A stretch of DNA of 39,874 nucleotides from a virus. The stretch is from positions 1 to 39,874 of IMG/VR virus record IMGVR_UViG_3300045988_151782. One strand, 5' to 3'. Every line of letters begins with the position of its first letter. Position 1 is the first letter of the stretch. The notes beneath the pieces were generated by a model that saw nothing but the letters and a program-made list of their open reading frames with translations, was not told where the DNA came from and ran no database searches. The position numbers and the translations under genes were made by a program. Below are positions 34,282 to 39,874 of the stretch, piece after piece.

Positions 34282-34287
34282 GGCGGC
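34270..34287 (-). terminator. Rho-independent terminator of the membrane-protein gene
   Basis: GCCGCC-TTGCGA-GGCGGC followed by TTTTTTTCG on the minus strand. Confidence 0.7.
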
Positions 34288-34325
34288 TCTTGTAAATCCG
34301 ATTCACATTTTTCAGAAAGCAAACT

Positions 34326-34934
34326 TCATAACCCGGCCCTCGCTGCCCGCTTGCGGTCTTCTTCGTCCACCTTTTGTGCCGCTTCCGCTTCGCTAATTCC
34401 TTCTTCCGCTCTTTTGGACTCAATTCGGAGATACCGAATATAGTCCGGGACGGAGCGGTTCTCTTGTCTGGCGAATCGTTCTATAAGTTCCATCCCCGGC
34501 AGAAATACTTCATATTTAGAGGTGATCTGCTTATGGTATTCAAGCGATCCGGCAATGCTCTTTCCGTATTGATAGGCGAAAACGATCAGAAGTACACTGG
34601 CAATCCCCACGGCGATCAGGCTCTGCAAACCCGCTCCGCCGATAAGAAGGTTCAGAAGTGTGAGAGACGAGCAAAGTGTTGCCGCAATCACGCAGTTCAC
34701 AAAATACAGAAGTTTACATTTCCCCTGCGTAATGCTTTCTTCCGCCCAGACCGCAATTCCCGCGCCCGCCGCAGTTGACACCGTTTGCAGGACCAGATAC
34801 CCCAAGTCCCCGGGCCGGTATTGGGCAAAATATGGAGACAGCGCGTTCAAGAGCATCACCAGACTACCGCCGAACGTCACCAGAAGCCAGAAAGCGACCG
34901 TCGCAAGAACCTTTTTCCCGATAGAAATGTGCAT
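34326..34934 (-). CDS. Membrane protein (possible moron / superinfection exclusion)
   Basis: 202 aa with about four N-terminal transmembrane helices and a charged C-terminal tail. It has its own terminator. Confidence 0.6.
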   Translation of the reverse strand: MHISIGKKVLATVAFWLLVTFGGSLVMLLNALSPYFAQYRPGDLGYLVLQTVSTAAGAGIAVWAEESITQGKCKLLYFVNCVIAATLCSSLTLLNLLIGGAGLQSLIAVGIASVLLIVFAYQYGKSIAGSLEYHKQITSKYEVFLPGMELIERFARQENRSVPDYIRYLRIESKRAEEGISEAEAAQKVDEEDRKRAARAGL

Positions 34935-35051
34935 GATTCATCCCTCCGCCAGACAGCATACATTATCCGCCGTAATTTAACAAGACTGAATGGAATATTT
35001 TTTCTATTAGAGCCTCAATGCGTCCATGATCTTCTATTATAAATTTTCTTC

Positions 35052-35080
35052 TTGACTTTTTGCCTTTCATAAATTATATT
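35052..35080 (+). promoter_or_regulatory. Promoter of the accessory plus-strand island
   Basis: TTGACT, 17 nt, TATATT. Confidence 0.55.
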
Positions 35081-35109
35081 AAATGCAAGGCGAAAAGTGG
35101 GGTGATAAA

Positions 35110-35283
35110 ATGTCGCCTAGAACAGGAAGGCCGAAAGTAGATAATCCGAAGGGCGTAAACCTGACAATCAGGTTAGACACGGAAACCGAAAAGGCCCTCA
35201 GAGAATATTGCAAGAAACACAATATTTCTCGTGGTGAAGCCATACGACAAGGAATCCATCTACTTTTAGCCGCAGAAAAGTGA
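35110..35283 (+). CDS. Ribbon-helix-helix (CopG-like) protein
   Basis: MSPRTGRPKVDNPKGVNLTIRLDTETEKALREYCKKHNISRGEAIRQGIHLLL. The ATG at 35110 follows GGGGTGA. The track start at 35083 lies upstream of the predicted transcription start. Confidence 0.7.
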   Translation: MSPRTGRPKVDNPKGVNLTIRLDTETEKALREYCKKHNISRGEAIRQGIHLLLAAEK

Positions 35284-35404
35284 AAACAGCCCGGCACCGT
35301 GGAAAGTTACGAGCTGTTTTCTCCGCCCGGAGGTCTCCCTGCCGGTAAATCTATGATACCACCAGAGGGACCTCCAATCAAGAAAAATTTATGGAGGAGC
35401 CAGT

Positions 35405-35650
35405 ATGAACAATACAATTACCATGACAGATATCGAAGTTTCGTTACAGTCGATTCTTGCGCTGATGCAGTTGACACAGGAGGGCATGGAGAGCGATATC
35501 CATACCGCTGTGAATGCGGGAAGCAACGATGCCGCTTGCATCCTCGCCTCCATTTCCGGTCGATTGCAGAGCATCTACATCCCGGCTTATGATGCTATTT
35601 TCTCAGCAATCGGGGACCTGCGCAGCAAGATCATGGAGGTATCACAATGA
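35405..35650 (+). CDS. Hypothetical protein
   Basis: 81 aa with GGAGGAG 6 nt upstream. Confidence 0.55.
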   Translation: MNNTITMTDIEVSLQSILALMQLTQEGMESDIHTAVNAGSNDAACILASISGRLQSIYIPAYDAIFSAIGDLRSKIMEVSQ

Positions 35651-36357
35651 ATGAACTGATCAAGATCACCTATCACAACGACCAGCCCGCAGTCTCCGCC
35701 CGGGAACTTCACGAGTTCCTCGAAGTAGAAACCCCGTATAGGATTTGGTTCCCCCGTATGTGCGAATATGGCTTCAAAGATGGGGAAGATTTCAACCCGT
35801 ACAAAAATGATCGGGTTCAAATGGAGGGCGGCCGCATGGTCTCCCGTATGGTTGATGACGCCATCCTCTCCCTGGACATGGCGAAGGAAATCTGCATGCT
35901 CCAGCGCAGCGAGAAGGGCAAGCTGGCCCGGCAGTATTTCCTGGCCCTGGAGCGGGACTGGAACACCCCGGAAAAGGTCATGTCCCGCGCCCTGCGGTAT
36001 GCGGAGCAGGAGCTGAAGCAGGTCCGCGCCCTCAACTCCGCCCTCACCGTGGACAACCAGATCATGAAGCCCAAGGCGGACTATTTCGACGAGTTGGTGG
36101 AGCGGAACACCCTCACCAGCTTCCGGGAGACCGCAAAGGAGCTTGGCATCCCGCCCAAGAAGTTCGTCCGTTTTCTTCTGGACAGGAAGTACATCTTCCG
36201 GGACAAAAAGGGAAAACTGCTCCCGTATGAGCAGAAAAATACCGGACTGTTCGAGGTCAAGGAAACGTTCAACGAAAAGACCCAGTGGAGCGGCACCCAA
36301 ACCCTGATCACTCCAAAAGGCCGGGAGACCTTCCGCCTCCTCTACCCGGGCTCCTGA
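35647..36357 (+). CDS. Antirepressor (AntA/AntB N-terminal plus KilAC C-terminal domains)
   Basis: ...PAVSARELHEFLEVETPYRIWFPRMCEYGFKDGEDF... and ...KPKADYFDELVERNTLTSFRETAKELGIPPKKFVRFLL... Confidence 0.8.
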   Translation: MNELIKITYHNDQPAVSARELHEFLEVETPYRIWFPRMCEYGFKDGEDFNPYKNDRVQMEGGRMVSRMVDDAILSLDMAKEICMLQRSEKGKLARQYFLALERDWNTPEKVMSRALRYAEQELKQVRALNSALTVDNQIMKPKADYFDELVERNTLTSFRETAKELGIPPKKFVRFLLDRKYIFRDKKGKLLPYEQKNTGLFEVKETFNEKTQWSGTQTLITPKGRETFRLLYPGS

Positions 36358-36362
36358 CCCAA

Positions 36363-36393
36363 AGCCCCCGCCGGACTTTCCCCGGCGGGGGCT
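36363..36393 (+). terminator. Terminator hairpin after the antirepressor gene
   Basis: 12-bp stem AGCCCCCGCCGG / CCGGCGGGGGCT with a 7-nt loop; the T-tract is weak. Confidence 0.6.
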
Positions 36394-36519
36394 CTTAAAA
36401 TCTGCTGGAACACTATTGACAACCGTGATATACTTTAATTTGTAACTGGTTGTTGCTTTTTTTAACCATTTGTGTAGTATACAATTACATAAATACTTTG
36501 TCGTGGTGGTATAGTAAGG

Positions 36520-37038
36520 ATGTCAAAATTACAGCTCGTTGTGATAGACAAAGATATTCCAGCTGATGCTATCTCATGCGGAGAAAAAAGCATTGATGCG
36601 CTGATGCAACAGGCATATCCTAGCACACTGTTCAAGCAGGGGCGCGCATATAATATTCTAATCGATGACAAATTGATTGGCAGTTGCATGATAAGATTTG
36701 TTTCGCTTTATGATAAAGACGCGGAATATTATGTAGGCCATAAGGACTATACCGCGCTTGAAATATCATATCTTGCAATAGATTCCCGTATACAGGGGCA
36801 TGGATATGGCAGGTTAGTATTGAAACAGCTAATTCTTTTGGCTCGGAGGATTGCGGACGATCTTCCTGTTAGGTTCCTTGTATTAGATGCCTTTAAAGAT
36901 AAGGAAGAATGGTATACATCAGCCGGGTTTAAAATATATCCCAAAAAGAAAGACTTACGATATCCTGGAACGCTGCCAATGAGAATGGATTTGATTGACA
37001 AGAAGCTGGCTGAAAATTATGCGCAATCATTTATGTAA
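36520..37038 (+). CDS. GNAT acetyltransferase resembling TacT/AtaT-type toxins
   Basis: 172 aa; ISCGEKSIDALMQQA, SYLAIDSRIQGHGYGRLVL, LVLDAFKDKEEWYTSAGF. It lies in the AT-rich island. Confidence 0.7.
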   Translation: MSKLQLVVIDKDIPADAISCGEKSIDALMQQAYPSTLFKQGRAYNILIDDKLIGSCMIRFVSLYDKDAEYYVGHKDYTALEISYLAIDSRIQGHGYGRLVLKQLILLARRIADDLPVRFLVLDAFKDKEEWYTSAGFKIYPKKKDLRYPGTLPMRMDLIDKKLAENYAQSFM

Positions 37039-37054
37039 CAAGGAGGGATGAAAC

Positions 37055-37372
37055 GTGTATGGATGCAGAATTGAATTGCAGCACGATCAAGCGCAGGCAT
37101 TTTTTGAGGAAGCATTACATCCAGACCTGGAAGAACTTCAGCGGCGAGATGCCTTCTTGGAACAGCTTGAACAAGAAATGAATCTTCAGATACATGGCTC
37201 AAGCATTATAATGGAAATTCCGGATGTTAACATTGATATGCTTTTAAACACGGAAAAAACATATATTTCTATTGAAGATCTGCCATGTACGCTTGCACTG
37301 GGGACAACAGTCAATATCGAAAAGCGAGTTTCAGCGTATACTATCAGACCAACCATAGATATAGCGGCTTAA
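37055..37372 (+). CDS. Acidic 105-aa protein, putative antitoxin with C-terminal extension
   Basis: GTG start 7 nt after AGGAGGG. The N-terminus RIELQHDQAQAFFEEALHPDLEELQRRDAFL resembles the toxin-binding tail of DUF1778 antitoxins. I saw no RHH domain. Confidence 0.45.
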   Translation: MYGCRIELQHDQAQAFFEEALHPDLEELQRRDAFLEQLEQEMNLQIHGSSIIMEIPDVNIDMLLNTEKTYISIEDLPCTLALGTTVNIEKRVSAYTIRPTIDIAA

Positions 37373-37389
37373 AAATGACGAGGTACGAA

Positions 37390-37812
37390 ATGAACGAGTC
37401 GGATTGTGTCTTGAAGCTTAATCACCTGGTATTTGATGAATTATCTTTTCGCCGCAAAAATTTCCAAAGCGAAAATGATATACATTTTGAATTCGGATTC
37501 AATTTTGAGCAACGAGGAGACGTAGATTTTGTTGCCCATCTTCAAATCAAAGGTATCAAAGAAAATGAATATGATATTGGTGCACGAGCATCCGGGTATT
37601 TCACCTTAAACGATGCCGCAAATTATGACTTTCTTACACTACGGCAGAATGCGGTAGCGATTGTATTTCCATATCTTAGAAGCCAGATTTCATTGTTGAC
37701 GGCACAACCTGAGGTTAAGCCTGTCATAATACCCCCGATGAATATTGCGCAAATGGTTGAAGATACGCTAAAAGCTCAGTCCGAATCACTTAGCAACGAA
37801 AAAGATAGCTGA
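37390..37812 (+). CDS. SecB-like chaperone
   Basis: 140 aa, GAGG 6 nt before the ATG. LNHLVFDELSFRRKN... and NAVAIVFPYLRSQISLLTAQPEVKPVIIPPMNIAQMV parallel E. coli SecB. Confidence 0.7.
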   Translation: MNESDCVLKLNHLVFDELSFRRKNFQSENDIHFEFGFNFEQRGDVDFVAHLQIKGIKENEYDIGARASGYFTLNDAANYDFLTLRQNAVAIVFPYLRSQISLLTAQPEVKPVIIPPMNIAQMVEDTLKAQSESLSNEKDS

Positions 37813-37833
37813 TCATTTTTCGGAACATATCTT

Positions 37834-37870
37834 CCCCCGAAGAGCCTTATTGACTCTCCGGGGGATTTTT
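37834..37870 (+). terminator. Rho-independent terminator of the three-gene cassette
   Basis: CCCCCGAAGAG-9 nt-CTCTCCGGGGG (one mismatch) followed by ATTTTTTAT. It abuts the endolysin stop. Confidence 0.75.
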
Positions 37871-38565
37871 TATGTTCTTCTCTGTTTCTTTGCCAGCCTG
37901 TACAGCATGGTACACATCTGCTCCCTGGTTACGCTTTGGGAGAGCATCAAATCTCCCTCCGCATTTCCCCGCAGGATGCCGTTCTCCACGGCCCACTCCA
38001 CGCCCTCCTTGTGGGCGGGAGATGGGGTGTTATCCATGGTCTTTCCCTCCAATCTCTTCTTGAACTCCGCCCACTTCTGGGCATTCACCAGATACGACGG
38101 ACAGTGTTTTCCTGTCACGTCGAAGTGGCGGTACACATTTCTCAGCGGGATGCCGTACTTTTCCATCAGCTCCCGGCCCAGGGCGGCGGCATTTGCCAGG
38201 GTTGCTTCGCTGGCCTGATAAATGCCGTTGCGGATGGTATCGCACATCTCAATGCTGATGCTGTTGGTGTTGGTGATCATCCCATACATCGTCCCACCGC
38301 CGGTCTTGTCGGCGTTGGCGTACTTCTTACCGCCCACCGCCCAGGCCACCTTCAGATCAGGCACAGAACGCCAGACCGTGGTATCGTCCACAAAGTAGTG
38401 GGCGCTGGCCTGCACGATATTGTTTTGAAAATAGGCGGCGTTGTTGGCTGCTTGGTCCCCGTCGTTGCCGGTGTAGTGGAACACCAGGTATTTGATCTGA
38501 TTGACAGCCCGGGAACCGCCATAGTTCCCGGGGTTGGCTAACCGCTCCTGAAGAATATAGCTCAC
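37870..38565 (-). CDS. Endolysin: N-acetylmuramoyl-L-alanine amidase (Amidase_2) with SLH-like C-terminal domain
   Basis: IKYLVFHYTGNDGD...SAHYFVDD; the C-terminus is ...GVEWAVENGILRGNAEGDLMLSQSVTREQMCTMLYR. The GTG start overlaps the holin stop. Confidence 0.85.
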   Translation of the reverse strand: MSYILQERLANPGNYGGSRAVNQIKYLVFHYTGNDGDQAANNAAYFQNNIVQASAHYFVDDTTVWRSVPDLKVAWAVGGKKYANADKTGGGTMYGMITNTNSISIEMCDTIRNGIYQASEATLANAAALGRELMEKYGIPLRNVYRHFDVTGKHCPSYLVNAQKWAEFKKRLEGKTMDNTPSPAHKEGVEWAVENGILRGNAEGDLMLSQSVTREQMCTMLYRLAKKQRRT

Positions 38566-38765
38566 GAGCTCTCGCCGCCTGTCCGGACCTTCCGCTCCGC
38601 CTGGGTACCAAAATAGAACGCGATCACCACTGTGAACACCGTCAAAAACTGATCTGTAGTCACATGACCGCTGACGGAGAGATACGCGAACACCGCCGTG
38701 AGAATCACTGTCACGATGCTCTTTACGGTCAGCAGATTAGAAAGGCGCTTTTTCAGGTCATCCAT
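38562..38765 (-). CDS. Holin (two transmembrane helices)
   Basis: 67 aa: MDDLKKRLSNLLTVKSIVTVILTAVFAYLSVSGHVTTDQFLTVFTVVIAFYFGTQAERK... GGGAGGG lies 6 nt upstream. It is directly upstream of the amidase. Confidence 0.7.
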   Translation of the reverse strand: MDDLKKRLSNLLTVKSIVTVILTAVFAYLSVSGHVTTDQFLTVFTVVIAFYFGTQAERKVRTGGESS

Positions 38766-38766
38766 G

Positions 38767-39168
38767 TCATGCCCTCCCATGGTCCTTGTCGTAGTCCGCC
38801 ATAGACTTGGGCTGATACTTGCAGGACCCGTCCTCGGCATAGATGTACCGCAGAGCGCCCTTCACCACGTCCACGCCATGATACTTGGGCCGGTTGTACA
38901 CCATATCCTTTTCGGGGATGTACTTGTCGATCTCCTCCTGCCACGCGACAGCGCCGGTGAAAGTGTGCATGGAGGCCCACCAGGGAGTTTCAACGGGAGC
39001 GGGAATAAAACCCTCCTCCATCTCTTCCTTCGTCCAGCCGCCGCCAGGATTCTTGTTCGGGTCCAGAGAAAAGTTCGCGCCAGCCTCTTTCAGCTTCGCG
39101 TTGGCTTCCTCCACCGTGATCTTACCGGCCTTGTACTGCTGCATAATCTCGTTGATGATCTTGTTCAT
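38767..39168 (-). CDS. Hypothetical protein
   Basis: 133-aa ORF between the fibre-accessory genes and the holin. Confidence 0.55.
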   Translation of the reverse strand: MNKIINEIMQQYKAGKITVEEANAKLKEAGANFSLDPNKNPGGGWTKEEMEEGFIPAPVETPWWASMHTFTGAVAWQEEIDKYIPEKDMVYNRPKYHGVDVVKGALRYIYAEDGSCKYQPKSMADYDKDHGRA

Positions 39169-39207
39169 AGTATGTACTTCCTTTCTAAATTTCCGGCTGT
39201 GCCGGTT

Positions 39208-39516
39208 CTAAACTTTGCTCAAATTGCGGGCCGCCTCATCTCTGACAAAATCCACATAAGCCTCCTGCGCGCTGCGCGCGGCCTCCATGGCCTCTTCCAC
39301 ATCGCCGTTGGTATGCATCCCCGCCAGCTTCTTGGCAGTGGTGAGGGAGAGCGCGCAATTCGCGTACATCAGCTCCATGGCAAGGCGGCTCTCCTTCTCC
39401 CGGCGCTGGGCCCGCGCCTCTGTCCGCCTGGCGCTCTGTCGGCTGCGCCGCTCCGCCAGTGCCGCCAGCACCGAAGCCCCACCCGCAATCAGGGCGCAAA
39501 TGATCTCCGTGTTCAA
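39208..39516 (-). CDS. N-terminally membrane-anchored coiled-coil protein
   Basis: TTG start 8 nt after GGAGG. Translation starts MNTEIICALIAGGASVLAALAERRSRQ... It ends in TAG. Confidence 0.5.
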   Translation of the reverse strand: MNTEIICALIAGGASVLAALAERRSRQSARRTEARAQRREKESRLAMELMYANCALSLTTAKKLAGMHTNGDVEEAMEAARSAQEAYVDFVRDEAARNLSKV

Positions 39517-39529
39517 TACGCGGACCTCC

Positions 39530-39685
39530 TTACTCAGCCGCCTCCGCGGCCAGCATTTCACTAAGGACGCTGTACTCCTCCGGGGTCAGCCTGTCCGCCG
39601 CCAGATACACATCCATCTTCTCCTGCAGGCCTTCCGTCCGGCCTCGGTCAATCAGCAGCTTGCAAAGATTGTACACAGTAGACAT
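39530..39685 (-). CDS. XkdX-like small protein
   Basis: 51-aa ORF not in the track: MSTVYNLCKLLIDRGRTEGLQEKMDVYLAADRLTPEEYSVLSEMLAAEAAE. AAAGGAGA lies upstream. Its position before the lysis genes is typical for this family. Confidence 0.55.
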   Translation of the reverse strand: MSTVYNLCKLLIDRGRTEGLQEKMDVYLAADRLTPEEYSVLSEMLAAEAAE

Positions 39686-39703
39686 AGGGGTTCTCCTTTC
39701 ACA

Positions 39704-39874
39704 TCATAGGGCTGTGAGTTCCAGCATACACAGGCGTTCCTCGTGGTCTGCCAGCATATCCAGGGTAATATCCTCCGCTGTCGGTTCCGGAGGCGCAGGG
39801 GAAGGCGGGGCGTATGGGTCTCCAATCCTTGCCCCCTCATAGGCAGGAACCGCGCCAAACAGCTCCGCCGTGGC
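39704..39874 (-). CDS. C-terminal part of the junction-spanning 77-aa ORF
   Basis: ...PAPPEPTAEDITLDMLADHEERLCMLELTAL, then TGA at 39704-39706. It is in frame with the ATG at 143 when the 80-bp repeat is collapsed. Confidence 0.6.
   Translation of the reverse strand, partial: ATAELFGAVPAYEGARIGDPYAPPSPAPPEPTAEDITLDMLADHEERLCMLELTAL
39795..39874. repeat. Terminal direct repeat, copy 2
   Basis: Identical to bases 1-80. Confidence 0.95.

Noticed and set aside
38990-39040. Shared peptide WTKEEME(E/Q)GF in the 133-aa protein and at the N-terminus of the 426-aa protein.
   Set aside because: Only ~10 residues match and the nucleotide sequences differ. That is too short to claim a common domain without a search.
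1-39874. A scan for CRISPR arrays, rRNA genes, transposases/IS elements, reverse transcriptase/DGR and group I/II introns.
   Set aside because: I saw no regularly spaced repeat-spacer arrays, no rRNA-like segments, no transposase or RT motifs, and no interrupted core genes apart from the TAG cases.

Overview
The window is a complete, apparently circular ~39.8-kb genome of a temperate, GC-rich, Clostridia-type dsDNA phage or excised prophage. Bases 1-80 are identical to 39795-39874, and a 77-aa ORF reads through that junction. Minus strand, 9945 down to 146: small terminase, scaffold, P22/N4-type capsid protein, large terminase, portal and a glycine-rich fibre, continuing across the junction into an XkdX-like gene, holin and amidase endolysin (39685-37870). 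A second minus-strand virion operon (34156-27894) encodes a Q/A/N-rich 426-aa protein and a 1659-aa polyvalent-type protein. I recognised no tail tube, sheath or classical tape-measure gene, so a podovirus-like virion is likely. Plus strand: a J-domain gene interrupted by an in-frame TAG, then a CI/LexA-type repressor, a small ORF and a tyrosine integrase (12659-14939). An early module follows (15192-27854) with a Cro-like HTH, PD-(D/E)XK exonuclease, annealing protein, SSB, DnaD-like organiser, RusA, YopX, DUF551 and a Bro-N antirepressor. An accessory plus-strand island (35110-37812) lies inside the late region. The most interesting items are listed here. (1) An AT-rich three-gene cassette at 36520-37812: a TacT-like GNAT toxin, an acidic antitoxin-like protein lacking an RHH domain, and a SecB-like chaperone. 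It reads as a toxin-antitoxin-chaperone system with a GNAT toxin. (2) About 630 nt with no credible ORF, hairpin-rich, directly upstream of a phage tRNA-Trp that has an aberrant T-loop. This is a candidate large structured RNA (ROOL/GOLLD-like context). (3) A two-copy RNA leader, an identical 28-nt box plus a covarying terminator hairpin, in front of the scaffold/capsid genes and the second virion operon. (4) TAG stops that are unusually often followed by in-frame coding sequence. All function calls rest on motif recognition by eye and memory; no searches were run.
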